From: Antedon mediterranea
Taxonomy: Eukaryota > Animalia > Echinodermata
Direction: 5' to 3'
Length of the DNA: 64,000 nucleotides
NCBI RefSeq assembly: GCF_964355755.1
Contig: NC_092673.1
Span: 32,609,648 to 32,673,647, forward strand
Shown here: positions 42,812 to 58,100 of the stretch, piece after piece
Numbering within the stretch: the first letter of the stretch is position 1
How the letters are laid out: each line of letters begins with the position of its first letter
The notes under the pieces: model-generated
What the model saw: only the letters and a program-made list of their open reading frames with translations
The model's database searches: none
Told to the model about the DNA's origin: nothing
Program-made: the position numbers and the translations under genes

Positions 42812-45620
42812 CTATGGTTTCTTTGGTGAAGATTAGGCATAATTTTGTCTAGCATCGTCTTGCATTATTTTGTGCTGTCACCTAGTTTCCATCGCTGGCC
42901 ACCCTATTTTAACCCAAAATACATACAATTTCACACAAATGTACACTTTAAACGTATGGATAGGTCTATACAGCAACCACTACCAAAAAGTGTTTGATAA
43001 CTTAACTTCCCACGGTTTGATTGCTTTAACAATAGGGACTGGGAGATACCATACCCTTCTCCGGCACGCAGTGTAACTCTTATGAAAGTTGTGGTTCACT
43101 GTTTACCCATGGCATATCTAACTAAACTTTAAAAGTTATAGGTAGATGTTCTTTTTTTTACTCTTGTTTTCTCTCCCTTCCTTCCCACATCCATTAGCCT
43201 TTACAAAATTGTAACATCCCACCACCATCTTTTCCCTCAACATTATTTTCTTCTATAGCGTTCTATTTATCGTCATGTTCAAATTTAGTTTCAGTGACTT
43301 GTTTACAACACAGCGAAAACCATCCCGACAATCATTGTTGTTATATGTTACTCGTCAACTCATTTCGTTGTTTTCGTTCTTATTTATGCAGTCGGATTGT
43401 GTTTTCATCTTTTTAAAGGTTTATCTGTCAATTTTGTCTGCATTTTCCCGTCGTCATAATTAACATGGTAAAACTTTAATCCTGTTACTTTGTATTTATA
43501 CAAATCTAAATATAAATTTATAGTAATGCATTCATTTAATTTTCTCCATGGTTTTTTTTCTACTCACTACTTACTGCTTCATACTAACACAATAAAACAC
43601 ACACATAGAACGTGATTCTAATTCTAAAAGCACAATTTATTTTTCAAACCAAATCACCAAACAACTTAGTTTATAAGATTATTGTTTCTGAGTATATATT
43701 TTAAAATACTAAAGTGATAGGCTTACCACTAATTTGAACCTATGGTCAGTACACGTAGTAACAACACATCACCTAAACTACAGCATTTCGATTAATTACG
43801 GTAGGCTAGTTATACATTTATCATTAAAGCAAATTTGAATATAGTAATATACTGGCTGCTGTGATGATACACCAGTAAGTAAGTAAAACAGCGATCTCTA
43901 GTATAGGTTCTAGACGTACGGTAATTCGGCTTAATATATTAATAAAAAAGAAAACCATTTTGGCATATATGGCGTGCCATAACTATACTATATTAAAAGA
44001 AAAACTCCCGCTGATGGCGCTACGTAAAAATTAATAACAAACAATAACTGGCAAGATCAACTATAAGCGATCTCACGAGGAAACAGTAATACAATGTAGC
44101 CTAATAATATCATTATTGTTCATAAATTCGTCAATAAACTGGTAAAGCTTAACTAATTGCAAACATTTATCAAAAATAGTTAAAAATTGTTACTTATTTT
44201 TCTCAAAGTCATTAAAATTAATACAGTATTTCTAAACAGAGAATTAAAAGCATAAGTCTACTACAAACTTGTAAACATTACATTATACTAAATTAACACA
44301 TTAAATGAAAAGAATAATTATTATACAATAATTAACAATAATAATACAATAGCATAATGAAATGCAACTATATTAGCCTAAAACTATACAATTATTACCA
44401 TTACACCATTACAAAAATATTAATTACGAAAATTATATGAAAAAACAACGAAATAAAATCTAATTATGTTAATCAAAGGTAACAACAAAATTAAGAAATA
44501 TATTTTGTTAATTCACCACGGCAAGTTAACTAATACTAATGATGTACGAATTGATACAATAAATGTGATTGGATATAATTGTGAGTGGATACAACGTACG
44601 AGTATGGATAATAGTAATATACGAGGGATTTAATAATGTGAGTGAATGATTATTACACAATTATATGTGAAACAATAATTTTGAAAACATCCTTCTAACT
44701 CAAGCTGAGGTAACTATTTCCTAATAAAGCAAATCTAATTCTAAATTTACAATTTGTATTAAATGAAATTCATTCATTCATTTATTCAATAATATGTAGG
44801 CCACTGACTCAAGTGCAATAATAGAAAATAATTAAAATATACATTTCCATTTGAGTAGTGGTAACAGCAAAATAACTATTTCTCTTTTTATATTCGAAAA
44901 AGGTTTACTATAGACGATGTTCCAATGTAATGTTATGTTATGTTATTTATTTATTATTCAACATTTTTTGTTTTGTTTTTGACGTTATCAAATTGTAATT
45001 TTCTTTTAAGTTCTGTTGTTTATTTGTTAATTTCTTAGCTTCAGTTAGTTAAGATAAAAGGTACCAAGCTTGATTAGCTTCGGCTATACCTTGGCTACCT
45101 TTTGTATTGAAATTGTTTTTGTTTGATACAATAGAGAAGAAGAATATATAATGCTAACATTACTTAATACTACACAATTTGCACAGTATTATTATTGAAA
45201 ACATTCATCACTGAATTAGATACTTAAATTAGTTTCATTAAAATGTTTTAATGAAAATATAATTGTGATATGACAATGATCAAATTAAAACGCAAGGATA
45301 TACCGTTACATTTTATATTTAATTGTTCTTAACTGTCGTTGTCTTAATAAATTGTATTGTTCTGATGGTCACTAATGATCAGCTTCAGTTGGATAGACCA
45401 CCCTCGTAATAAGTAAACATTCATAATAATAGGATTATGTAATAGTGTATGTATTAAAAGTTTCAACATTAACCCAAGTATTTAGTACTTCACTAAAATA
45501 AAATACAGCTGTATGATATTGTATTGTATCGAAAAACAAGCACAATTCCTGTTATTATACAACAGTGTAATATTAAAAAATGCAGCAGAAATATTAAATT
45601 CCACTGTACCGTACAAAAAT
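42812..45620. repeat. Compact copy of the duplicated segment, directly 3' of VLIG exon B
   Basis: Colinear with 28905-36860 but lacking its three insertions; carries its own ~200-bp insertion at ~44930-45143. Confidence 0.9.
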
Positions 45621-45711
45621 GTATGCAAAATAATGAAGTTGGTACCGTACAGGTGCACGTCCAATAGCCATAGATGAACAGACAGAATTTACCAATCGAT
45701 CTATTTGTTGT

Positions 45712-48700
45712 TTAAATATCGTACCATTTTCTCATATCTCTCTTCGCGTCTTCCATTGTAATAGAATTCCATCCGTCTGGGATATCAGCCTTGTTAGCAT
45801 GGTAGTATTCAGCAAGTTCAGTATTATATGTTGCCATGAACCATTTCCAGAACGTTTCTGCCTCGCCTGGAAGTGGTTCAATTTTCCATGATGCGTAGTA
45901 GTCATTGACAGTCCTATAATCTCGAAATTTAATAAATTTGAGGTTGGTGTGTTCATTCAAAAAAGGATAATTACACAATACTGAAGTTGTGCACACATCA
46001 GTAACGAGCTTTCCAGAAAAAGTATGCTTGTATCCAGCAATTCCTTGTGGCATGTGACACTCTGTACGATGGTGATCATGTGGGCCATGAAGTTCGCATA
46101 GTGCATTACAAAATGGACACACATTCTGACAAGCTAGTAGGTCAGCTGTAAAGAAGTCACAGAAGGATGTGCTTATGTCACTGAAAAGTCTACTATCGTA
46201 GGCGTTTATTATGGTTTCTTGGACGTTGTCTAGTTCCAATATTAATTTATCACTAAGTTCTTTCACATCCAGTTCTGTCTCTTCATCAAAAAACATCATA
46301 TCTGTTTTGACGCATAACTCTTTATCAATATATTCAAGTAAGATTGACCACCATAATTTCATTGTCATACTGTCACAGTAAATCATACCGCTTGCATTTA
46401 CATTAATGATAGCCTGCTTTAATCTAGCTAATATTTCACGAACTTTACAATTGTATATTTCTCGATGTACAGAGCTACCAGAATTGTCTTTTTCCTGAAA
46501 ACACATTTTCTCTATTTGTTCAGAGGTAAACGTTTTGATGGACTGAATTGGATTAGATAAATACTGCACAAAGGATTTAAAATCACCTTTCTCTGCCATT
46601 TCAACCAGCATCCATGCATGGAGAGACATCTTACTAGAAAACCCTTTACCCGAAGTGTATCTTAGATTGTCGATTACTCCAAGTTTGCATTTCTCTGGAA
46701 GCGATGTTTTAATAGCACTCGCAAACTCCCGAGATATAGCCGATACAACTTTTACAAGTATGTTCAGATCTTTACATTCTTCTTTGAACATTTGCCACAA
46801 TTTTTCTTTCTGAGACTCCATGTACAATCTCGGGTCACTTTCCTGTTTATATTGTTCTTGCATTTTTTCCAAGCTTGGTATTAATGTAACCTTGAAATTA
46901 GACACAGCTAGTCGAATATTTGATTTTTTATGAATGCAAACTTTCTCATCCATGTTTATTTCTCCAAGTTCACTTGACAGTGAGCTGAAAAGTTGAAATC
47001 CCAGTTGTTTTGTATAACTTCTTCCATTCTGTGCATGATTTAAAATTTTTGTTTGAAGTTTTTCCAGAATATCTTGTTTAGTGGAATTGGCCTGATTCAC
47101 ATACGTTACGTTACTTCTGGATCCAGGCTTTGATAAAAATGTCAAATCCTTTTCAAGTACTTCAGTACATTTGGAACAGTCAGACAACAATACACTAGTA
47201 ACTGTAAATTTGTCGTTTTCGGTATAGTAACCCTCAGTGATTCGTTCAAAAGATTTGTGTATGTTGACGTAATCATCAACACGTGGAATTACAGAAACCC
47301 ATTCATTCCAGTTTTTAGCAAACTCGCGTTCAAGAACTTCTTCAGAAAATTGTCGCTTTCGATACACTTCGGTAAGTTTCTTAGCTTTTTGGTAAATCGT
47401 TTGTTCATGCATTTTAATGGTGGCATCAATTTCAGCTCTGCCAATTATTCTGTTTTTAATAGATGTATATACATCCCTCAGGTCTCTTTTAATTTCATTA
47501 CAAAGATCGTCGAGTTGAAGTTCCATTTTACATTTCCATTGGCATGCTTTTTTTTCTTTTTCAAAATAAGACGCCATGCTTGATTGGAAAGTCAGAATGT
47601 CTTTCTCTAATTTCATTAAGTAATCATCAAGGATTTGTTCCTCTTTAACCTTTTCAGCTGTTAGTTTTTTACATTCATTTTGAAGTCCGTAGCTGTATTC
47701 TAGTGCATTTCTTCTGAAAGTACGGGCATGCTTCACATATTCTACATTCAAAGCATTAAAAGCTTGAATCTCAAGAGAATTTTTGAAACTGAATACAAAA
47801 TCTTGACCTAATATTGCTTTCCAAAGATCAGACAGCAATATTGTGAACTCATCGATATGTTTAGGTTCTGAATTCTTCATAATTTCCAAGACTTGTTTCT
47901 TTACTTGAAGAATGCATTTGCTGTAACCGGGATTAGGGGGCGCCATCGGTGGATCTCCTTGCCAAAGGCCGGAAATGTACATTATATGTTTGTTTTCTTG
48001 AAAATGAATGACATCAGAAAACGATTTATATTTCTCACCGCAATTTTCAGCTTCAGCTGCGATTTGTGTGATGTTATCCAATATTTCTCGCATGCTTCGT
48101 TTTTGCACCGTATTCAAGTCAGATGCTGTAACATCGTTGACATTTTGGTGTACAAATAAGCAGCTGGGCTTGATATGATGAACATTTTCCATTTTCATAA
48201 AAGCGTGCACAGCAATTTGAAGTGTGTCTTGTATGTCCGTTGAATTTTCTCCCATAATGTTTATTATGGTAAGATCACCCATACCAATCACAAACGTGGC
48301 TAATTCATTGTCCCGATTATTAGTATGTTGAATTCCGGATTCAGAAGATCGCAAACCCTCAGTGTCTACCACTAGGATGTAATCACACTTTGTGTCTTCT
48401 CCTAAACCTGTATCTAAAGATACTAGCTGGGCAAAAATACCTTTCGTACATCTGCCGGCGCTAACGGAAAATTGTAAACCAAACATGGCATTCAACAAAG
48501 TTGATTTTCCACTACTTTGAATACCTAGTACAGATAACACAAACATCTTTTTATTGCCAATTTGGTATGCAAGAGATTTGAGCACGGCTCTAATCCAAGC
48601 GATAGGCACATGGACTGCATCACCGTCCATCAGCTCAATTGGATATCCATGTAGTAACATTTCAGCAGCAACTTCTGCTAAGTGGAAATTATCAAAGTCA

Positions 48701-50432
48701 AGTTTTGGTGATTTAAAATCTGGTAAAAATTCGTAATTTTGACCAATTTCTCTATTGAAATGTTCTAATCCCACTGATGCAGAAGACAGTTGTTGTTCGA
48801 GTTCATCAAGTTGATATTTCAAGGTTTCTAATTGCTCATTAGTCGTTTCTGGTGCTTTTTTTTGGTCACATAACTCATTCCACTTGCAGATGTACTCGTC
48901 ACGTATTGGTTGTAGCTTGTCGATGCTATATTGGTCAGTCATTATCTTCACAAAACCAAAGAAATATTTTCTTTTTATAAGTGTGTTTGAGAAGGAGGTT
49001 CTGAATATTTGATATGCACAAACGTTTAGTCTTTGTTTGTTAATTTCTAACTGTTGCTGACGTAGGCATGCCATCTCTTTTTGTAGTTTATCAACGTATT
49101 CTTGAATTTGCATGTTTCCCTTTCTTTCTAGACGATGTTGTTCTCTTTTTGTCTCTGCAATTTTTAGTGTTATCTTCTGCAAAGGTAGCTCGTTTGCTTT
49201 TCCTTTTAATTTAACAAACTCTAACAATTCCTTAGCACTCTGTTTTGCTTCTGAACAATCACTTTCCATTTCATCAACGTGATAATTCACTGTATGCGCT
49301 AATTCAATGCACTCTTCAATACTCCTATCAGATACAACATCCCGATGGTCTCCTTTAAAATTTCTTCCAAGCGATTTCCAAATATCTTTGCTTATTGTCA
49401 GCTCGTTCTTGCCTGTTGATATAATATATTGTACTTGTTTCTTTACATTCTTTATACTTGTTTCCATTGTATGAAGTGCCTTCCCTAAATCTTTCAAAGC
49501 ACGTTTATCTAAGATGAAAATCACGTGGCCATTTTGCATGTAAAATGATTCAAGTAACTTGGTGTCATACTCCTTAAAATCATCAGCTGCCACGAATACA
49601 ATAGACACCAGTGATATCTCAGATAGAAACTGTGCCTGCTTTTGGAAATCTGATGCATTCCCTCGCAAATTTATAAATGTGAGTGCATCTGCAAAAGCAT
49701 CCGTACGTTCCTGTATGGGAAGGTACCATGCCATTTCTAATAAGCCATCTGATAATTTTCGTACCAAATTTCCACCTTTGCACCCGTAGTGAAAAAAAAT
49801 ATCATGATTCTGCCCAATAATGACATAGTTAGCAACTTTAGATTTGGATATTTTAGGTTTACCTAGTCGCAAAGCAGAAACAATCGGTAACCTCTCTACC
49901 ACCATTGATCGTTCACACGACAAACCTGAAATCGTTTGCCATTTCTTTGTGATTGTGCTCATTCCCCACACAATCATTTCCCATTCTTTGTCCTCTACGT
50001 CTGTTACTGGAATTAGTAAAGGAATAGCTAATTGACATATCGACAATTTTTCGATCACAATTTGCCTTAAAAAGTTGTCACAACATAAGAAAGTAACTAC
50101 CAGTGCATCTATTGGACTAACTTTACTGTTTTCAGTACTGTGATTTATTGATTCTTCACTTTCTTCTAGTGCAGAAGAAAGTGAATAAGCATTTTCATGA
50201 GAAGATTGACTTTCTTCTAAATCAAAACACCTTCCTTCGTAGTTACACATAATAAGATTTTGCAGCATGTACCAAGGTATTTTGCTTGGATCATCATTGA
50301 GTTCATCTGGTAAATTTACATTTTTAGAAACTAAAAATAATACCTCACGTGTTAGTTTTCTGGGAAAATATTTCTGTAGTCCTAGATGTTTAACTATCTG
50401 CTTGTACATTCCAAATGTACTGTCCGTCTTAT
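45712..50432 (-). CDS. Very large inducible GTPase (GVIN1/URGCP-like), giant exon B
   Basis: 1589-aa ORF with VLGIQSSGKSTLLN, GRCTKG, DTEG, HQN and CPFCNALC..H...HH...H; phase-1 acceptor tatattttctttag| at 50432. Confidence 0.93.
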
Positions 50433-51224
50433 CTAAAGAAAATATACAATACAAATGTAAATAAAGAAACAAAAGTTTCAAATTTGAGTATAATAATAGT
50501 CGTTATCTCGGGACTGTTCTATGGCCACCACCAGGTAGGCTTACTTCATGAACGCTTCTATGAATGGATGAATATTTGGGAGCAGGAACGATAGTAGACC
50601 AAACCCAGTACCGTTTTTTATTACGATCATGTGGGAAATTACCTAACGACATTATATCTCTAAGATAGTTTAACAGTTCTTTAATTCCACCATTAATTCT
50701 GATAATCTTTCAATCTCCATAATCTCCGTATTTATAACAAATTACCCGATGGAAATGAAAAAAAATTAATTTTTAACTTTTCAAGTAAGGGTCTGTTTCT
50801 GCTAAAAAAATTAAAATAATTTCCTAAGTACCACAAACCATAGAATTGACCGCGTTGCAACTGAAAATTTTATCCGACGTTAATCGGTTATCTGGTAATC
50901 GCTTATCTGGTAATCGCTTTTTAAAAAGCACGTCATCCATACCCACAACACAGTTATGGAAGGCCGATGAGAGTCGGTTTGTTTACATTCTATCGCTGCC
51001 TAAATCTCTCACATGTAGGATTAAAAATTAAAAATTTAACTCTTACGTAAAGCTATATTATTTATAAAATAAACATCTAGGCCTACTACCGTACCACATA
51101 CGACAGAAAAATGATGTTAATAAGGGCACGTCGGCAAGAAAAGTTCGTTTCGCCATTGGTTCTAATCTAGGACCTAGCTAGTTTCTACCGAAACAACAGG
51201 CCTAAAAAGGACATGCAAAATATC

Positions 51225-51269
51225 GTTAGCCTGGACTTGTGGGATGTGTGTGTGTGGGTGTGTGTGTGT

Positions 51270-51301
<32 letters not shown>

Positions 51302-51678
51302 CTGTGAACATCCTGGAGGCCACAGTTTTAAAAACTAACAAAAAAATATTTTAATGCCTAGAGACCACAGTTTTTATCCGATTCTCACCAAACTTAGCCA
51401 CAATGATCAATGACTCATCATATAATTGTGGTTAAATTTTGACGGGTCAGGGTCAAAGATCAAGGTCCACAAAAAAAAAAAAAATGTAATAAAAAAAAAA
51501 ACCTCGGCGGGAATTGAACCAGCGATATCAACTGTGAGATGCTGGATGCAGTTCGCCTATTTACACTTAGAGCTAATAAAAAATAAATAAAACAAAATAT
51601 ATATATTTTCCGGGGACATTTTATGTAGGGGAATTTTACAGTAGGCGGAGGTTTGTACTCTCGGAGTACTCTCTAGTT
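51225..51678 (+). mobile_element. Helentron/DINE-like element with a (GT)n tract
   Basis: GT microsatellite 51246-51300; 3' end aggcggaggtttgtactctcggagtactctctagtt with hairpin; inverted related end at ~57720-57790. Confidence 0.55.
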
Positions 51679-52130
51679 ATTATATATTACAATATTGGAT
51701 AAGATCAGACGTCATACTCTGACAACTGTCATCTGTCTTTCCAGTATAGTATTATATATTATTCATATTGCATATCACAAATATCGGATATGAGCAGTAG
51801 TCATAATGGCAACTGACCACGCATCTCTTAATATATTATATCTTCAATATTATTAATACTATTCTATATCAGAACATCGGGTTTAATCAGCATGCAGTCA
51901 TAATTTGAGTATATACAAACGATCATAACAATTGGTATAATCCCACACAGCACCAATACCATAATTAAAAGTAAAATAGATTATGGCAGGAAATAGTGCA
52001 CCTACCATCGTTGCATTTTTAATTGGTATAGCATCACATGAATGCAATAACTAACACTAGATAAACAATAAAAAAGGGTCTTCTAAATCTAAAACTCACT
52101 ACAATATTTAACATAACGTCACTATCTTAC

Positions 52131-55100
52131 CTTGTATTACAACTTGTTCTGATGATCCCTGTTTCTTTTCAGTATCGGTTTTTGCTTGGTTTAATTCATC
52201 TGTTTAATAAAAAAAAAAGTAGATAATTAGGGAGGTTTCACAACCTTACGAATACGATAACGAAAACGGATACGTCATACATTTGTGAAACTTTTGAGCT
52301 GATCCCCATTTCATATTCGTAAAGCGTATTCGTGTTGACGAATATCACCAGTCATATTCGTAACTACAAAACGAGTATAGTTTTTGATCTATTTTGCACA
52401 TTTTGCATTTGAATCAGGAATGATTCATGATTATAATAAAATTATAGATTTATTGAAAGTAATTTACTAAAGTAATTTACTAAAATGCCAAGTCAATTTT
52501 GATAAATAGCAGTTTTTAAAGTCCTCACTCGCTTTGATGTTACGCTATGCCTAGGCAGCAAAGCACCAAGCAACACGTACCTGCGCTTCGCTAAAATTTA
52601 CCGCAGTCATATTTTGGACGCGCCTCAATATTTCGTTGCCATGCGAAACAGATTTTTTTATGGCTTACAAAAACGAATACGTGTGCGTGGCGTATCAGTT
52701 TTCGTTATCGTATTCGTAAGATTGCGAAACCGCTCTAATGTTAAATAATGGAATCAAAATATATGATGATTGTTAAATATAGAACATAGTTGTCAACATA
52801 ATTGTAACTGGAAGCGAGAGTACATTGTATTTAATGTCGGTATATTCCAAACCTCTTCTTCATTTTTTAGGTATTTTGGCCGGCATAATTGGTCGGTAAT
52901 ATTTTACTTTAACCCCAGTTAGATGTATTGTTATTAGATTTATTAATAATACTTGTTTAAAATTTGTATATACATTTGTATGCAATTTTATATAATATTT
53001 AATTAAATGGCACAAAATAATTATAAATTGCTTAGCAAACCGTTTGTTCACAAAAGTATCTCACCTGTTTCTGTTACAACCTGTTCGGGTGATTCTTGTT
53101 CCTTTTCACATGGGATTTCCAACTCCTCAGTATCTGTTTTTGCTTGGTTTAATTCATCTTTTTAATAAAACAAGAGATAACATTTTTAAATATCGATCAT
53201 CTAGTTATATTTATTGTTGTAAGATTATCATTAATTTCTAATTAGTTTTAAAATAACAGTTAATTGTATTTTATTAAAACAATCTCACCAACAGACCCTT
53301 CGTGTATCATATTTTACATACTAAAATCTGCAGTATACTAACTAACGCATTGACTCACCTGTTTCTGTTACAGCCTTCTGGGGTGATTCTTGTTCCTTTT
53401 CACACGTGGTTGCCACCACTTCAGTATTTTCGTTGAATTCGTCTGTTTAATAAAATCATTATATACAATGTTTATTAGATAAATTGTTTAGACATTTAGC
53501 CAAACATGAGTAACCATAACTTGTTACAAAATCCACCTGAATATTTAAATTCTCACCTGTATAAAGGTATATTTAACAAGACCGTTGTTGTTCGGCGTAA
53601 CAACGAAACATGTATGCACAAATGTTTTTTTTTAATCAAACTGAAGTTTAATGTTGTTATGCTGTCGGAAGTTCGACAACATTATTCATCACCTTAAACA
53701 CTTCGGTGTCAATCAAGGACTTACGAAAGTCGCAAAAGCTCTCAAAACAAATCCGTAAAAGCAACAGCTGATAAACTACTTATAAAATTGTAAAACGTTC
53801 GGCTTATTTACAAAATGTATTAATATTATTATTGTTGTTAAAATACTTGGTTCGAATGTTCTTATCATTAATTTCTATGTAGTTTATGATAATATTCTAT
53901 TGAATGTATTTTAGCAATACAATTACATTGAATGGCACATAATTATTATACATTTCTCAGCAGACCGTTTGTGAATTTCATATCTCACAATCTAACTGCA
54001 GTAACTCACCTGTTTCTGTTACAACCTGTTGGGGTGATTCTTGTTCCTTTTCACATGTTTTTTCCAACTCCTCAGTATCGGGTTTTGGTTTGTTTATTTC
54101 ATCTGTTTATACCAAGAGATAAAATGTTTAGATATTGCCTAACTGTGTAGCCGGCCAGCAAATCAATTAGATTTATTTTTACAAAATTTATAAAAAAAAA
54201 ATACTTGGTTCAAAATATGTCATATCAATTTCTATGTAGGTTTATTAAAATATTTAATTGTATCTTAGTAATACAATTACATTGAATGGCACTTAATAAT
54301 TATTATAAATTGTTTAGCAGACTGTTTGCGTGTCATATTTCACAAACTAATTGCAGTAACTCACCTGTTTCTGTTACAACCTGTTGGGGTGATTCTTGTT
54401 CCTTTTCACATGTGAACTCACCATTATCTGGTTTAAGTTGGTTGAATTCATCTGTTTAATAAAAACAATACAATTTTAACTCTTCACGGTGACGAGTTAT
54501 TAGGCTATCGCGCAACGCATGTAACACATGCTATGTATTAGGCTTAGTCTACAGTGGGCGTAAACGGTTTAGTTGACGGTTAGTTTTTATTTTACACCGC
54601 TATAAAAAAAATTTTCATATGTCTGAAGCAGAATTGTTTGAGTAATAACATATTGAAAATTGATAACGTTTACGTGATATGCGTTCTATTAAATGTGACG
54701 AACTGTCCCAAATATGTTTGATTCCACTTTTATTTATTCTTTGATTTCTATTTGAACTTTATATACTGTTTTATGCCTGTTTTAAATGTTTTTATATTTG
54801 TAAGTATCATGTAATTCAGCCATTGGCTGCGATTTTGATATGCAATAAAATGAAATGAAATGAAATGAAAAGAAAGATAAAAATCCAATTTTAAAATTCA
54901 GATGGCCATATGATGACGTTATAACATTACGGTCTAAATTTTACATAAACTAATATCTACAACTCATTAGCTTTTATATTAAGTTAAACAATAGAGAGAG
55001 AGCTATAATCGATTCAAAATAGGCATATTTATTTTTACACAAATTTGCATGAAATTATCCATTTTCAGGCGCACGATTTTTAAAGTTTGACGTACACGTG

Positions 55101-58100
55101 TGTCATTATTTTACATTCACAATATATCATAAAAGTATAAAGAACAATCAAGTACAAAAATTATCTTTCTAAGCTAAGTACGAGCTAAGTGCGCAAAAGC
55201 TCGCGCGCAACGCGATTTTTTTTAATGTGAAATAAAAAATATCCTGAAACATTTTGAAAAAATCTCCAATCTTCAAACTGTTGCTGATGATACAAAAAGA
55301 TGATTGGGATTAATGTATTTAATTTTATAAATAACTTCACTTTAGTGTATGTAGTCCTAATGTATTATATTAGATTTTTTTTTTTTATTAAATAATGTTT
55401 TTGATCACATTTACTGCCGTCATCTTGTTGTTCCTGTTGGAATCACTTTTCAGTCTGTAGTACGCCCTCTAGCCTTCGGCTTATTACACCTCTCTGGCAC
55501 AGGCGTCTATTAGTGCGTACTGCGTAGGGCGTATCTGATTGGTCGATTATCGTGTTGGTTCCTTCTCCATAAAAAATAACTTTTTGATCTTTTGCGATCT
55601 AGCCTTTGGCTTTAAAATATTTGGAATTTATATTCAATTGATTAAGAATTTCGCGAAAATCGCGCGTAGTTACGCTACGCGACCATATTTTCATTAAACC
55701 AAAGTCAATTTTTTGACAATAAAAATCAATTAAACATTTGCCAAACCCCCAAAATTATAATTGCTTAGCAGACTGTTTGCGTGTCGTATTTCAAAAAAAC
55801 TAAGTCACCTGTTTCTGTTACAACCTGTTGAGGTGATTTTTGTTCATTTTCACATGTGGTTGCAACCACCTTCTCAGTATCTGGTTTTGCGTCAAGGGTT
55901 AATTCATCTGTTTAATAAAAATGATATAAAAATGTTTAGATATTTATCAAAGTCCTCCCGTTAGATTTATTGTTATTATATAGATTTATTAAAACATATT
56001 TGGTTCGAAATGTCATATTAACTTCTGTGTAGTTCCATTAATTGTATTTTGATAATAAAATTACATTAAATGGCAAATAATAATTGTAAATGCTCAGCAG
56101 ACCGTTTGTGTATCATATCTCACATACTAATATTGCAGTAACTCACCTATTTCTGTTACAACCTGTTGAGGTGATTCTTGTTCCTTTTCACATATGATTG
56201 CCAACTCACCATTATCTGGTTTTGTGTCAGGGTTTAATTCATCTGTTTAATAACAACAATAGATAAAATGTTTAGATATTGGCCAAACCTGTGTATCTAT
56301 AAGGTAGGTTCGATTAATTAAAAATGGTTGGTTCGAAATCTCAGTTCAATTTCTAATTAATTTAATGATAAAATTTAATTGCATTTTAGTTAAACAATCT
56401 CAGCAGACCGGTTCGTGTATCATATTTTACATACTAACTGCCCCAGTATACTAACTAACTGCAGTAACTCACCTGTTTCTGTTACATCCTGTTTGGTTGA
56501 TTCTTGTTCCTCTTTACATGTGGTTTCCAACTCCTTAGTATCTGGTATTAAATATAATAAAAACAAGAGATACTTTAATTTTTAATAAATAAAAGAATTA
56601 CAAAAAATTAAATAATATATTTGCTAAACCTGTGCAACCATGGGATCTGCTTGAATGTTTTTTGTCGTTATCTGATTTTACTTCCTTTAATTCATCTGTT
56701 TAATATATTAAACAAGAGATATATTTAAACATTGGCCAAAACTATGCATCCATGAGGTCCTCCAGTTAGATTTATTGTTATTAGGTTATTAGTTTTGAAT
56801 GTTCATATAATTAATTTCTATGTAGTTAAGCCTATATAATAATATCTTAATAAATTAAATGGCTCATATTAATAAATTGCTCTGCAGACCGTTCGTGCAT
56901 CATATTTTACTTACTAATTGCAGTAACTCACCTGTTGCTGCTACAATCTGTTGGGGTGATTCTTGTTCCTTTTCACATGTGATTGCGAACTCCTCAGTAT
57001 CTGGTTTGGCTTGGTTTGATTCATCTGTTTAATATAATATAAGAAGAGATAAAAATGTTTAATATATAGATATTAAATAGATATAAATATTTGGCAAACA
57101 TGTGTAGCCATAGGGTCTGCCAGAATATCTATTGCCATTACCTGCTGATGAACAAGTAATGTTCGAATTTTTCTTAGTAGTTATGTATCCCATTACGGTA
57201 AGTATTTTACCTTTCATCAGTACAGTAAATGTAATTTACATCTAATGTGGTGCTATATAAAACTCCATCATTATCATTTTAATTCTGAATTAGACGGACA
57301 AAATGCAAATATTAAAAAAAAAATAACCGTCTCATATACTATACTAGCTGTCTCAGTAATTTCGCGAATTGGTTTGATAACATTATAGTATAACCCGACC
57401 AAATTATTTCAATCGATTCAGTAAATTTATTTACTTTAATCGGTTGCAAAACATGTTTTGTTCTTGTTTGTTTGTCATTAATTGTTAAATTTCAATTATT
57501 TTCTTATAAATATAATAGTATTATTTATGTACAATTGAAAAGGGCAGATTTGAAATTGAAAAGGGCAGATATGAAATTGAAAAGGGCAGATATGCCTCTT
57601 CCTGGACACCATCGGAATCACGACTCTGTCGTCTTTGTAACACCGGTGAGGTTGAAGATGAGCTTCACTTTCTATGAAATTGTAGTCATTATGACAACAT
57701 ACGTAAGAAACTATATAATAACAAGAAAGCCACTCTGAGAGTGCATACCTCCGCCTACTGTAAAATTCTCCTACATAAGATTTCTCCGGTGCGGGAATAT
57801 ATATATATCTGTGTGTCTAATGCTGTGTTTGATTTAGGCTAATTTCACTACAAGCATGTGTATGCGAATTTAGTGTACTGGTTATGTAACCAGCCTTTCA
57901 ACTAACAATAGTGTCAGTTGACTAACAATAGAACAGCAACGCCAAAAACAAGTCTGTTAACGTTTAGTATTTATTCGGATTGTGACGTCAGATATAACGT
58001 ACATGCGGTACGTTAATTAGTTAGGTGTGGCAGGGCTAGTTACATCATCATGTTTTGGATCGGTACAACTCCACTACAATTGACATAACTGCAGTAACTC

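Noticed and set aside
51500-51575. tRNA gene (also 9780-9860 and 24110-24180)
   Set aside because: Only A/B-box-like remnants; I could not build a cloverleaf, and they lie within repeats.
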